Source of the DNA: Flavobacteriales bacterium
GTDB taxonomy: Bacteria > Bacteroidota > Bacteroidia > Flavobacteriales_F > PHOS-HE28
Direction of reading: 5' to 3'
Length of the DNA stretch: 64,000 bases
Assembly (NCBI GenBank): GCA_016788205.1
Contig: JAEUTA010000032.1
Coordinates: forward strand, 16,394 to 80,393
In this document: positions 1-10,476 of the stretch, piece by piece
Layout of the letters: each line of letters begins with the position of its first letter
Numbering within the stretch: position 1 is the first letter of the stretch
Made by a program: the position numbers and the translations under genes
The notes under the pieces: model-generated
What the model was told of the DNA's origin: nothing
The model's input: only the letters and a program-made list of their open reading frames with translations
Databases searched by the model: none

Positions 1-3000
1 CCCGCGATCAAGGTCCAGGTACCTTCTGCCGGAGCGGGAGGCTGAACACCCTGCAGGCTGATGTCCGTAAGTGGCAAGCACTGCTCCAGATCCGGACCTG
101 CGTTCGCAGCAGCGGTGGTATCGTCGTACAGGGTAACGTTGACCGTATCCGAGGTAAGGCTATTGGCACATGGGCCATTGTAAACCTGCCAGACGAACGT
201 GTTAAGACCGATGCTCAATCCGGTGATGCGCGTACCAGGATCTCCAGGGTTCTGCGCAACGCCTCCGCCCACAAGGGTGGTCCACGTTCCTTGCGCAGGG
301 AAGATCAAATTGCTCCCACCCATCAGGACACTATCCTCTGGCATGCAGAACTCCTGATCCAGACCGGCAGCCGCCAGCGGATTGTTCGGATCGAAGACCA
401 ACAGGCTCACCGAGTCCACAGTGGTCACACAGACACCACCTTGCAAGGTCCAGGTGAAAATATTCTCGCCCACCGTCAAACCTGTCACCGTGGTGGTCGG
501 TGAGGTCGGGTCAGCGATAATGCCAGTGCCTTGAACGCGGGTCCAAGTACCGGTAGCGGCACCCACCGGCGTATTGCCGGTGATGGTCGCTTGCTCATCC
601 GGGGCGCAGAACTCCTGATCCGCTCCGGCGTCAGCTGGTGGCGCATCAGCAGCGAACAACGTGATCCCCACCTGATCGTTGGTCAGTTGGTTCACACATC
701 CACCATTATAGACCTCCCATTCGAAGACATTCAGTCCCAGACCAAGATCGGTGATCGTCGTGTTGGGGTCGTTAGGATCGGTGATGGTCCCCTGACCGCT
801 CACGACACTCCAGGTCCCCGTGGCCGGGAACGTGATGCCACTACCCGCCATGGTAGCTTGAGTGATCGGCGTACAGACTTGCTGGTCATCACCTGCGTCG
901 GCATCGGGATTGTTCTCATCGAACACGAAGATGCTCACGATGTCCTCCGTCAGCGGGTTCGTGCAAGGGCCATTGGAAACGGTCCAACGGAAGATGTTCT
1001 CGCCGAGGGCAAGGTTCGTCACTTGCGTCAACGGATCAGCGGGATCGGCGATGTCACCGGCCCCACTAACGAGTTGCCAGAAGCCGGATGCAGGAGCGAT
1101 GAGGTTACTTCCCTGCATGGTGGTGACCGGGTTGCTCGTGCAGAGCTCTTGATCGGCCCCAGCGTCAGCCACGGGATTGTTCTCATCGAACAATTGGATC
1201 ACCATCTGATCGCTCGTGATGCCGCTGCTACAAGGTCCGTTATCAACGGTCCAAGCGCACACAATGGTCCCAACACCTAATCCAGTGATGGTGGTATTCG
1301 GGTCACCCGGATCGGTAATGGTACCGATACCGCTCACCACGGTCCATGTACCAACGGCAGGGAATACCAGTGCACTACCCTGTAGCGTGGTGCTGCTTAC
1401 CGGCGTGCAGAGATCCTGGTCGGCACCGGCGTTCGCGTCGATGTTGTTCTCGTCAAAGACGAACAGCGAAACACGATCAGAAGTGATACCGTTGGCGCAC
1501 GGGCCATTGCTCACGGTCCACTCGAAGATGTTCTCGCCGATGGAAAGGTCGAAGATGGTCGTGGTGGGCGAGTTCGCATCAGCGATGGTACCCGTGCCGC
1601 TGACGAGCGTCCATGTGCCCGTTGCAGGGAACGTGATGGCGCTTCCCGCCATTACTGCCGTCGCGATGCTGGTGGTACAGAGTTCCTGGTCCGCACCGGC
1701 ATTGGCTACGGCATTGTTCTCGTCGAACACGAAGATGCTGACCTGGTCGAAGCCTCCTCCTGTTTCGCAAGGACCGTTGTCCACGCTCCACTGGAACACG
1801 TTCTCTCCCACAGGTAATCCGGTGATCGCGGAGTTCGGCGAATTCACATCCACGATCGTGCCGCCGCCGCTGACCAATGTCCACGTACCTACCGCCGGGA
1901 ACGTTACGGCGCTTCCGGTGAGGTTGGTGCTGGTATTGGGCGTGCAGAGTTCCTGATCGACACCTGCATTGGCCGGCGTATTGTTCAGGTCGAACAGCAG
2001 GATGCTGACCTGATCCGTGGTAATGCCGTTGGCGCAAGGACCATTGTCCACCGTCCAGGCGAAGATGTTGTCACCAACACCGAGGTCTGTCACGGTCGTG
2101 TTCGGAGCATTGGCATCGGTGATGGTGCCCGAACCGCTGATGATCGTCCAGGTCCCGATGGCCGGGAAGATCACCGGACTACCTTCCAACGTGGTGATGG
2201 TATTCGGCGTGCACAGTTCTTGATCAGCACCAGCATCGGCATCCGGGTTCGCGTCGTTGTAGAGGAAGATGCTTACACGGTCCGTGGTGATGCCGTTCGC
2301 GCAGGGCCCATTGCTCACGGTCCATTCCAATACCACCTCTCCCACCGTAAGGCCGGTTATCGTGGAATTGGGAGCGTTGGGGTCCGTGATGGTGGCAACG
2401 CCGCTGACCACGGTCCACGTACCCACAGCGGGCACCGTAACCGCACTTCCAGCCAGCGTGGCTGTGTTCGTTGGTGTGCACAGTTCCTGATCCGGCCCTG
2501 CGTTGGCGATGGGGTTATTCTCGTCGAACACGAGTATGCGTACTTCATCCGTGGTCGTTCCGTTCGCACAGGGGCCATTGTCAACGGTCCAAGTGAAGAT
2601 GTTGATACCCACAGCCAACCCGCTGATGGACGTACCCGGATCCGATGCATCGGCGATCACACCAGCACCCTGCGTCAAGGTCCATGTACCGCTGGCCGGG
2701 AAGATCAGTGCGCTACCTGCGAGGTTGGTGGTCGACTGAGGAGTACACAGCTCCTGATCAGGACCAGCGTTCGCCACAGGGTTGTTCGAGTCGAACACGA
2801 AGATGCTCACCTGATCGGTGGTCAATGGGTTCGCGCACGGTCCGTTCAATACGGTCCATTCGAACACGTTCTCGCCCACCGCCAGGCCGGTCACCGTGCT
2901 CGTAGGGCTGCCCGGCGTGGTGATCGTTCCACTGCCACTGATCAGCGTCCAAGTGCCCGTGCCTGGGAACACAACGGAACTACCCGCAAGTGTGGCCGTA

Positions 3001-6000
3001 CTGGCAGGCGTACAGATCTCCTGATCCGGACCGGCGTTGGCGATCGGGTTCGTTCCATCGAACACACGAATGCTCACTTGATCCGAACTCGTACCGCAAG
3101 AACCATTGTTGATGCGCCACTCGAATACGTTCACACCGACACCCAGTCCGGTAATGGTCGTATTGGGGTTATTGGCCGATGTGATGGTACCTGTCCCGGA
3201 AAGACGGACCCAGGTGCCCACGGCTGATCCGACCGGTGCGCTTCCCACCAAGGTCACGGTCGAAACAGGGGTGCAGATCTCCTGATCGGCACCGGCGTTG
3301 GCGACGGCAGCAGCGTTGTCATAGACGAAAATGCTCACGACATCCTGCGTTATCGGGTTGGTGCATGCGCCATTGTTCACCTGCCACCGGAACACATTCT
3401 CCCCTATCGCCAGACCGCTCACCGTTGAGTTCGGCGCACTCGGGTTGGCGATGGTACCTGCTCCGCTGACCAACGTCCATTGGCCAACCGCAGGAACGAT
3501 CACGTTGCTACCCGTGAGCGCAGTGCTCGTCGTTGGGGTACATAGTTGCTGATCGGTCCCTGCATTCGCTACGGGATTATTCGGGTCATAGACGAGGATG
3601 GACACCAGATCGCTGGTGATGCCGCAAGCCCCATTGTCGATGTTCCAGCGCAGGATGTTCACGCCGATGCCAAGACCGGTCACGGTCGTGCTAGCCGAAG
3701 CGACATTGGCAAAGGTGGCCGTGCCCTGTTCCACGGACCATGAACCCGTGGCGACGCCGGTGGGGACGTTGGCAGCCATCGTTACGGAACTGGAGGTTCC
3801 GCAAACACTCTGGTCCGGGCCTGCTAGTGCCGCCTGCGCATTGCCATCGGCGACGACGACCAGTGAGGTGCTACTGGAAATGGGGTTCGGGCAAACACCG
3901 TTGTTCACCGTCCAAACGAAGGAGTAGTTGCCTGTCGCAAGGCCTGTGACCTGCGTAGTGGGTGAGTTGGGGTCCACGATCGTAGCAGGACTTCCGATCA
4001 CCGTCCACACACCTGTGGCCGGGAAGATCACGGAGCTGCCTTCCAACTGGATCGTGTTACCGGCCGACGTACAGACGTTCTGATCGGAGCCTGCATCGGC
4101 GCTCGGATTGTTCGGATCATAGACGAAAATGCTCATCTGATCCGTGGTGATGCCGCTGGCACACGGTCCGTTATCCACGGTCCATTGGAAGATGTTCTGT
4201 CCAACGGCCAGTCCAGTGATCTGTGTCGTCGGGCTGTTGAGGTTGGCGATCGTACCCGTACCGCTCACCAAGGTCCATGTCCCCGTAGATGGTGAAGAAA
4301 CCGCGCTACCGGCCATGGTGGCCGTGCCACTGGAAGAGCACAACGACAGGTCAGGCCCCGCGTTCGCGATCGGTGTGTTGCTGTCGAACACGAAGACGCG
4401 CACCACGTCGTTGGTCAAACCGTTCGGGCAGGGCCCGTTGCTTACTGTCCAACGGAATTCGCTGATACCAAGGGGTAAGCCGCTGATCTGCGTCGTTGGG
4501 CTGTTGATGTTCGCGATGGTTCCACCTCCGGAAACGATGGTCCACGTGCCAACGGCCGGTGCAGTGATCGTGCTGCCGGCCATGGTAACGATGTTCGGCG
4601 CCACTGGAACGCATATGCTCTGGTCGGCACCAGCGTTCGCGACCGGGTTATTCGGATCGAACCGCCGAATGGACACCTCATCGGACGTGGTACCGCAAGG
4701 CCCATTGTTGATCGTCCACCGCAGTACCGTGGTACCTATCGGCAATCCTGAAACAGCGGTGTTGGCGGCAGCGGTGTTGGCGAAAGTGGCCGAGCCGCTC
4801 ACGACCGTCCATGAACCCACTGCAGGACCGGAAGCCGTGTTGCCCGCCAATGTCGTTGTAGCACTACCGCATAATTCTTGATCGGAACCAGCGGCGGCGG
4901 CGGCGGCGGCCGGGTTGAAGATCGTGATCGTCACATCGCTCGTGGTGGTGGCACCGGGGCACGGTCCGTTCACGATCGTCCATCGGTAAACGTTCACACC
5001 CAAGCCCGCACCCGAAACGGTGGTCGAAGCATTGTTCGCGTTGGCGAATGTTCCTGTGCCGCTCACCACCGACCATGTACCGGAGGCAGGCGCGGTCGCA
5101 GCATTCGCAGCGAGGGTCACCGTGATCACCGGAGCGCATAGCGCTTGTGCCGGACCGGCATTCGCAGCAGCAGCATTCCGATCGAACACACGGATCACCA
5201 CATCGTCGGTGGTCGTGTTCGGCACGCAGGGTCCATTGTTGATGGTCCAACGGAGTGTTGTCGTACCGACCGGGATGTTCGTGACCGTGGAAGTGGGCGA
5301 ACTGGGGGTAGTGATGGTCGCACTACCACTCACTACGGTCCAAGTGCCTGTACCCGGCGGAGTGGCCGTATTACCTGCGAGCGTGGTGCTCGCGAAGCTC
5401 GTTCCTGAATTGGTGCAGAGGTCCTGGTCCTGACCTGCTGCTGCGATGGGCGCATTGCCATCGAAGCGTGTGATCGTGACCTGAGCGGTCGTTACCCCGT
5501 TAGCGCATGGGCCATTGCTCAGCGTCCACTGGAACACGTTCGCTCCTATGGAAAGACCGGACACGCCAGAGGTCGGGCTGGTCGCGTTCGCGAACGTTCC
5601 TGTTCCGCTCACCACGGTCCATGAGCCGGTCGCCGGTGCCAGAGGCGCATTACCGGCCAGCGTTGCTGTCGCAGCGCAAACCTGTTGGTTAGGTCCCGCG
5701 TTCGCATTGGGGCTTGCCGGATTGAAGACGACGACATCCACATCATCCGAGGTCGTGGGCGGAGTACATGGGCCATTGTTGATCGTCCAACGGAAACGGT
5801 TCAAACCGATGGACAGGCCGTTCACCGCGGTATTGCGAAGAGCAGCATTGGCGAACGTACCCGTACCGCTCACAACGGTCCATTGGCCTGTGGCTGGCGA
5901 GATCGTGGAGTTCCCGGCAAGAACGGTGCTCGTGTTGGGTGAACAGAGCTGCTGGTCCGGGCCAGCGTTCGCCGCAGCTTGAGAACTGCTGTAAACAAGG

Positions 6001-6490
6001 ATCGATACCTGCGACGTGGTCGGCGGGGTGCACGCACCATTGTCGATCGCCCAACGGAACACGTTCGTTCCTTGACCGAGACCGGTCACGCCCGAGGTCG
6101 GACTATTGGGAGAGGTGATGGTGCCCGAACCGCTCACGAGGGTCCAAGTGCCCACCGCCGGAGCGGTGGCCACGTTACCGCCGAGCGTGGCGGTGGTGGT
6201 CGGTTGACAGAAGGACTGCGTAGGACCGGCATTGGCAACGGGATGTGCCGGATCGTAAGCACTGATCACCACGTCGTCGCTGGTCGTACCGCAGGTGCCG
6301 TAGTTCGTGGTCCAGCGGAACACGTTGTTTCCAGTACTAAGACCACTTACGCTCGTCGTAGCACTGCCAACGTTAGCGAAAGTGCCCGTTCCGCTCACCA
6401 CCGTCCAGGTACCAGGAGCAGTAGCGTAAGGCTGTTCGCCGGCCAGGGTGGTTGTGAAACCACAAACGCTTTGGTCGGGCCCGGCTACTG
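1..6490 (-). repeat. Tandem intragenic repeat array, 25 units of ~267 bp (~89 aa)
   Basis: The A.AG.DQ..C...GTWT.VSG.G...NGPC motif recurs near 6473, 6215, 5951, 5686, 5424, 5146, 4878, 4620, 4349, 4080, 3810, 3550, 3282, 3021, 2754, 2488, 2220, 1953, 1686, 1416, 1149, 882, 615, 355 and 86. Confidence 0.88.
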
Positions 6491-7724
6491 CAGGCGTCAG
6501 CGGTGGAGTGACGTTGATCAAATAACCTACCGTGGCGCGACCGTTCAGTACGCAAGCGTTATCCTCGACGGTCACTGTGAAGATCTGTTGGCCGATCGTC
6601 GTAGGGGTCCAACAGAAGGTTCCAACAGGACGGTTGCCCGCTGTGGTGGTGAACGTTGCTCCGGGGATACCCGCGTTCCACGTCATGGTCACGTTCTGCG
6701 TGGCATCGGCATCGGTGGAATTGACGTTGAAACAGAAGTTCGTGCCAGCGCATACATCGTACGTGTACGTATTGGTACCGTTGATCCCGCTCGCACTGGG
6801 GTTGTTGTTGTTGCAGTTGATGATGGCGAATTGCAGATCGCGCGTATACTGACCTATCTGTACACCATTGCGGAATTCCCGGACCAGGACGGTGACGACG
6901 GCGAATTGTGCGATGCTCGGCGTGAACCGAATGGTACCTGTGGCCGGATCGATGGTGACCGCGTTGGCTCCACCGCTCGTGATCACCGGTTGTGTGAACG
7001 TATAACCGTTACTGTAGGGTATAGTAGCACCTGCCGTTCCACGGGCAGGAGCGAGTTCGAAACGCAACGAATCACCAGCAAGGTCGGTGACCCCGTGGTT
7101 GTACACGATAGGCTGACCAACACAGCCGAACGGAACAGGATCGTTGATGAAACGCGGTGAACTGTTGCACGGCGTTACGGTATTGTTCAGTCGTGCGCTC
7201 AGATAGAGATCCCGGCCACCGGGGTTCTGGAGCGACGTGATCGCATTGTTACGGCAGCACAGATCCCAGTCGATGATCCAATCCGTTCCGCAACCAGCCC
7301 ATTGCGAGAGGTTGATGACGGCGGAATAACGGTACCGTTCAACACCATAAGTACCCGAGGAGGTATTGCAACGATCGGTGGCGCCCGGACATATCGGCGT
7401 CACGATCTGCACGTTCTGGAACACGAAGCAGGCATTGAAGTTCGCGTTGCACGTGGTGGACCGCACGTTGAACTGAAGGTCTCCGTTGGTGCAGCTCACC
7501 GGAGCGCTCACGCCGTTGCAATCCCGGAAGAAACTCATATTCACCCGGTACTGGTTGTTCCCCAGGCACTCGTAGGTGATATCGCCCCCCATGGCGTGTG
7601 TCGCACGAGCCTCGCCCTGCCAAAGCAGTAGTGCGACGATCGCAGGTGACAGCTTGCGAAGTGGAGTGAGCGTTGCGGCGGCCAACAGGCGTACCGCGTT
7701 CAAAAGGCGTCGTTGTTCAACCAT
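1..7724 (-). CDS. Giant secreted repeat protein (adhesin-like, PKD/Ig-like repeats, probable T9SS cargo); 3' end lies beyond the window
   Basis: ATG at 7724 gives MVEQRRLL..ALLLWQGEARA|THAMGGDITYECLGNNQYRVNMSFFRDCNG, the N-terminal motif typical of Bacteroidota gliding-motility-associated surface proteins. The frame stays open to base 3 (last codons ..GTWTLIA) and the track lists no minus ORF ending in this frame, so >=2574 aa. Confidence 0.9.
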   Translation of the reverse strand, partial: MVEQRRLLNAVRLLAAATLTPLRKLSPAIVALLLWQGEARATHAMGGDITYECLGNNQYRVNMSFFRDCNGVSAPVSCTNGDLQFNVRSTTCNANFNACFVFQNVQIVTPICPGATDRCNTSSGTYGVERYRYSAVINLSQWAGCGTDWIIDWDLCCRNNAITSLQNPGGRDLYLSARLNNTVTPCNSSPRFINDPVPFGCVGQPIVYNHGVTDLAGDSLRFELAPARGTAGATIPYSNGYTFTQPVITSGGANAVTIDPATGTIRFTPSIAQFAVVTVLVREFRNGVQIGQYTRDLQFAIINCNNNNPSASGINGTNTYTYDVCAGTNFCFNVNSTDADATQNVTMTWNAGIPGATFTTTAGNRPVGTFCWTPTTIGQQIFTVTVEDNACVLNGRATVGYLINVTPPLTPAVAGPDQSVCGFTTTLAGEQPYATAPGTWTVVSGTGTFANVGSATTSVSGLSTGNNVFRWTTNYGTCGTTSDDVVISAYDPAHPVANAGPTQSFCQPTTTATLGGNVATAPAVGTWTLVSGSGTITSPNSPTSGVTGLGQGTNVFRWAIDNGACTPPTTSQVSILVYSSSQAAANAGPDQQLCSPNTSTVLAGNSTISPATGQWTVVSGTGTFANAALRNTAVNGLSIGLNRFRWTINNGPCTPPTTSDDVDVVVFNPASPNANAGPNQQVCAATATLAGNAPLAPATGSWTVVSGTGTFANATSPTSGVSGLSIGANVFQWTLSNGPCANGVTTAQVTITRFDGNAPIAAAGQDQDLCTNSGTSFASTTLAGNTATPPGTGTWTVVSGSATITTPSSPTSTVTNIPVGTTTLRWTINNGPCVPNTTTDDVVIRVFDRNAAAANAGPAQALCAPVITVTLAANAATAPASGTWSVVSGTGTFANANNASTTVSGAGLGVNVYRWTIVNGPCPGATTTSDVTITIFNPAAAAAAAGSDQELCGSATTTLAGNTASGPAVGSWTVVSGSATFANTAAANTAVSGLPIGTTVLRWTINNGPCGTTSDEVSIRRFDPNNPVANAGADQSICVPVAPNIVTMAGSTITAPAVGTWTIVSGGGTIANINSPTTQISGLPLGISEFRWTVSNGPCPNGLTNDVVRVFVFDSNTPIANAGPDLSLCSSSGTATMAGSAVSSPSTGTWTLVSGTGTIANLNSPTTQITGLAVGQNIFQWTVDNGPCASGITTDQMSIFVYDPNNPSADAGSDQNVCTSAGNTIQLEGSSVIFPATGVWTVIGSPATIVDPNSPTTQVTGLATGNYSFVWTVNNGVCPNPISSSTSLVVVADGNAQAALAGPDQSVCGTSSSVTMAANVPTGVATGSWSVEQGTATFANVASASTTVTGLGIGVNILRWNIDNGACGITSDLVSILVYDPNNPVANAGTDQQLCTPTTSTALTGSNVIVPAVGQWTLVSGAGTIANPSAPNSTVSGLAIGENVFRWQVNNGACTNPITQDVVSIFVYDNAAAVANAGADQEICTPVSTVTLVGSAPVGSAVGTWVRLSGTGTITSANNPNTTITGLGVGVNVFEWRINNGSCGTSSDQVSIRVFDGTNPIANAGPDQEICTPASTATLAGSSVVFPGTGTWTLISGSGTITTPGSPTSTVTGLAVGENVFEWTVLNGPCANPLTTDQVSIFVFDSNNPVANAGPDQELCTPQSTTNLAGSALIFPASGTWTLTQGAGVIADASDPGTSISGLAVGINIFTWTVDNGPCANGTTTDEVRILVFDENNPIANAGPDQELCTPTNTATLAGSAVTVPAVGTWTVVSGVATITDPNAPNSTITGLTVGEVVLEWTVSNGPCANGITTDRVSIFLYNDANPDADAGADQELCTPNTITTLEGSPVIFPAIGTWTIISGSGTITDANAPNTTVTDLGVGDNIFAWTVDNGPCANGITTDQVSILLFDLNNTPANAGVDQELCTPNTSTNLTGSAVTFPAVGTWTLVSGGGTIVDVNSPNSAITGLPVGENVFQWSVDNGPCETGGGFDQVSIFVFDENNAVANAGADQELCTTSIATAVMAGSAITFPATGTWTLVSGTGTIADANSPTTTIFDLSIGENIFEWTVSNGPCANGITSDRVSLFVFDENNIDANAGADQDLCTPVSSTTLQGSALVFPAVGTWTVVSGIGTITDPGDPNTTITGLGVGTIVCAWTVDNGPCSSGITSDQMVIQLFDENNPVADAGADQELCTSNPVTTMQGSNLIAPASGFWQLVSGAGDIADPADPLTQVTNLALGENIFRWTVSNGPCTNPLTEDIVSIFVFDENNPDADAGDDQQVCTPITQATMAGSGITFPATGTWSVVSGQGTITDPNDPNTTITDLGLGLNVFEWEVYNGGCVNQLTNDQVGITLFAADAPPADAGADQEFCAPDEQATITGNTPVGAATGTWTRVQGTGIIADPTSPTTTVTGLTVGENIFTWTLQGGVCVTTVDSVSLLVFDPNNPLAAAGLDQEFCMPEDSVLMGGSNLIFPAQGTWTTLVGGGVAQNPGDPGTRITGLSIGLNTFVWQVYNGPCANSLTSDTVNVTLYDDTTAAANAGPDLEQCLPLTDISLQGVQPPAPAEGTWTLIA

Positions 7725-7990
7725 GTACCGACCAGCTTGGTGGCACCGTTCCTTGTGGACACGGGTCGTTGACGGTGACGACCGAGGCATACGCTCGATC
7801 AGGCTCCGATCATCGGCTGAAGACTGCCGTTGCACCGGACCAACACACGACCACGAACCGCACAACTACGGGAAAGGTGCCGGGCAAACGTAGAGCCATG
7901 AAAGCGGCGTGGACCGAGGGGTGATTCACACTTGTTAACAGCAGCGTGTGAGGCATCATGCATGGCAAGTTCGGACATGCTGAAAATGAT

Positions 7991-8023
7991 GGAGGCCCGC
8001 TCGCATTGCGCGAACGAGCCTCC
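7991..8023 (-). terminator. Probable intrinsic terminator of the T9SS type A gene
   Basis: The minus strand reads GGAGGCTCGTTCGC-GCAAT-GCGAGCGGGCCTCC (14-bp stem with G.U pairs) followed by ATCATTTT, ~20 bp after the stop at 8045. Confidence 0.6.
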
Positions 8024-8044
8024 AGGATAGAGCTGCTAAGAGCG

Positions 8045-9577
8045 CTAGTCCTTCACGAAGAAGCTGCGCGCCACGAGCCGCGCATCGCCATCGAACGCAA
8101 GGAGCGTGTAGGTCCCGGTCTGGAGCATGCCAACATCAAGCGAACGCTGGAAACTCGCCTCGTGTGCTACACGACCCATTGCATCGATCACACGTACACG
8201 ACGTGCGGCGTTCGACGCAAGATCGATGTTCAACACGTCGTTCACCGGGTTGGGATACAACCCCATCGTGGTCATGATCGTGCTCTCCTCCATGCCGATC
8301 GTGGGGTCGGAACCGATGCAGACATTGAATGTGGACGTTTGACCTGCCGTTGCCGTGTATGTGTATACCTGCACATAGTAGGTCTCGCCTGGCGTAAGTG
8401 CCACAGGGTTGCTCTCTTCTGCATCGCTGCACGACAGCGGCACGAATTCCAAGGCTCCGCAATCGGCGGTCCATAGCGCGTGATACATGTCGGCGGTCGA
8501 ACCGTTGATATCCAGAATGGAAACGCGGTGCGTGGCCGCCAACGCGACGAATCGGAACCAAACGTCATCATCCGCAGTCCCGGAGCAGGTGGAGGTGATG
8601 TTGGAGCCCGTAGCTCCGATCACCGTTCCTGGCGTCTTCTCCCCGCATTCGTAGTCCGTGTTCACGGTCAAGGGCACGGCATTGATACACTCGTTATTGA
8701 TGATCGCTGTTACGAAACCCACCCCCGGACTCCATACACTGAATCCACCGCCCGCGCAGACGGAGCGTACGAAGACGGTGTAAGGCGTGCCCGGCTGAAG
8801 TCCGCTTGCGTTCGTGTTCGGCGCTGTACCACTGGCAAGCGCGTTCGTGCCATCGGGGATGTCTCCAGCCGTGACCACCCATTCGTAGGATGGGCTGCCG
8901 TTATCGGTGAACGTGATAGTAGCACCCGCATTGCCCGGGTTATTGGCGGCCAGGCCACTGGGGTAGAAGCAGGCGACGTTCTCCACCTTGATATCATCCA
9001 ATGCCCACCACCAATCCCAGCCGGAGTTGAACTGGAAACGGACCTGCGCAACAGAAGACCCTCCGGCAGCATCCGTGATGTCGAAACTGGCCACCTGCGC
9101 TGGATTCGGGTAGCCCACGTTCACTTCAGTGTACGTGACGATCTCGGACCAAGCCGACCCGTTATACACTTCCACCTTGCAGAAAGACGCCAGGCGAGCG
9201 TAGAACTGGTGTGAGAAGGAAAGCACAAGGATGTCAGCGTCGCTCGCATCGAAGGTCGGAGAGACCAACCAACTGTTCACCGTGATACCGGACGTTCCGC
9301 ATGCATCACTGTCGAGAAAAGCGAAATCGCCATCGAACCCACCGCCACTCGGAAGTACACCGGATCCATCCACGCTGAATGTAAGGTCCGTAAGATCACC
9401 CGGGGCGAAAGTCCACTCGCAATCACTATCAGGAGCGGATTCCACGGTGAATCCGGTGGTGCTCGACCCACCGGTAAACTGCTCGTTCAGGACCACCTGT
9501 CCATGAGCATTCGTCGCCGAAACGATACAGCCTGCGAGCGCGGCCAGAAGAGTATGTAGTGTTCTTTTCATGTTCAT
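8045..9577 (-). CDS. T9SS type A sorting domain protein (adhesin-like N-terminal domain, fibronectin type III domain, Cys-rich domain)
   Basis: Start reset to MNMKRTLHTLLAALAG (signal peptide). Contains FLDSDACG..NSWLVSPTFD, an FN3-like segment (LQPGTPYTVFVRSVC), NNEC..A.PL..DDDVWFRF and the C-terminal YPNPVNDVLNID CTD. Confidence 0.85.
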   Translation of the reverse strand: MNMKRTLHTLLAALAGCIVSATNAHGQVVLNEQFTGGSSTTGFTVESAPDSDCEWTFAPGDLTDLTFSVDGSGVLPSGGGFDGDFAFLDSDACGTSGITVNSWLVSPTFDASDADILVLSFSHQFYARLASFCKVEVYNGSAWSEIVTYTEVNVGYPNPAQVASFDITDAAGGSSVAQVRFQFNSGWDWWWALDDIKVENVACFYPSGLAANNPGNAGATITFTDNGSPSYEWVVTAGDIPDGTNALASGTAPNTNASGLQPGTPYTVFVRSVCAGGGFSVWSPGVGFVTAIINNECINAVPLTVNTDYECGEKTPGTVIGATGSNITSTCSGTADDDVWFRFVALAATHRVSILDINGSTADMYHALWTADCGALEFVPLSCSDAEESNPVALTPGETYYVQVYTYTATAGQTSTFNVCIGSDPTIGMEESTIMTTMGLYPNPVNDVLNIDLASNAARRVRVIDAMGRVAHEASFQRSLDVGMLQTGTYTLLAFDGDARLVARSFFVKD

Positions 9578-9915
9578 CGGAATGCGTATGAGTTGAAACT
9601 GCCTCTGCGAGCACAAGATACCAGCGGCTCTAGCAGCGATACGTGCTGGCTTGACAACGATATCCATCCGTGATCGTGAACGACTTCCTTCGCAGAACGT
9701 GAAGCGTGGTACTTGGGCCGTCCAGCGATGCATCCAACCACTCTCGTGGCTCACAAGAATTAGCCCGTGATCCACCGGAGCGACCAGCAACACGGAAACT
9801 GGAATTCAAGGGTCACGAACCCCGCGGCGAAGAACGAATCGTCCGAGCGTCGGTATCAAAGTGTTCGCGCGATACCGACTGAAAGTCTAAAGCCCGCCAG
9901 TATACCTTGGCGGCG

Positions 9916-10476
9916 ATGAGCATAAAGGTGTGGGCCCTCGCGACAGCCATTTTCGGCACTGCCACCTTGATCCTTGCCGTCGTCGCTATCCGGAAGCGTC
10001 TGATGATGCCGTTCTGGGCCGCATTGGGCTTTCTCGTCCTCACGGTCGTGTGCGTGCTGTTCGCGCTGTACGCAACCCTCGGGCGTGTCGGTTCCCGGGT
10101 GAAGGAGGCGCTCAAGCCTCGTGAGGGCATCGAGATCTACGCAGCCCTCTTTGGGGAACCAGTTGGCGATGGGGTGCAGGTGACACACCATCGCGACCAG
10201 ATCATCCCGAAGCTGGATCCCGGGATCACCTTGCGCTTGAGGACGATTCCAGCTGAAATGGTGCGGATCCTTGGACAGCTTGAATACACCGCAGAGCGGA
10301 TCGCTTCGAACAATGCCACTGTATACACAAGACATGCGAAGGATGAATTCGCTCCGGGCGTATTGGGCGATACGGTCCTCCTGTTCTACCGCGAAATGGA
10401 GGCAGGCCGCAACTGGCGCTGGATCTACTGCAACAAGGACAGCACCGAAGCCATCGTGGTCGACGTTCTTGACTAG
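9916..10476 (+). CDS. Hypothetical membrane protein (two N-terminal TM helices)
   Basis: 189-aa track ORF with ATG at 9916, two hydrophobic segments and a -7-like TACCTTGG box just upstream. Its stop overlaps the convergent gene. Confidence 0.7.
   Translation: MSIKVWALATAIFGTATLILAVVAIRKRLMMPFWAALGFLVLTVVCVLFALYATLGRVGSRVKEALKPREGIEIYAALFGEPVGDGVQVTHHRDQIIPKLDPGITLRLRTIPAEMVRILGQLEYTAERIASNNATVYTRHAKDEFAPGVLGDTVLLFYREMEAGRNWRWIYCNKDSTEAIVVDVLD

Noticed and set aside
1-6490. Possible CRISPR or non-coding repeat array
   Set aside because: The units are ~267 bp, degenerate at third positions and in-frame coding; there is no repeat-spacer structure and no cas gene.
291-7631. Many plus-strand and off-frame ORFs (e.g. 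531-1280, 1216-1956, 2220-3227, 4144-4881, 5979-7160)
   Set aside because: They are antisense shadows of the giant repeat gene; their periodicity mirrors its repeats and they have no motifs of their own.
7725-7990. Riboswitch in the long leader of the giant adhesin
   Set aside because: I could not match any known aptamer consensus by eye; an Rfam/Infernal scan would be needed.
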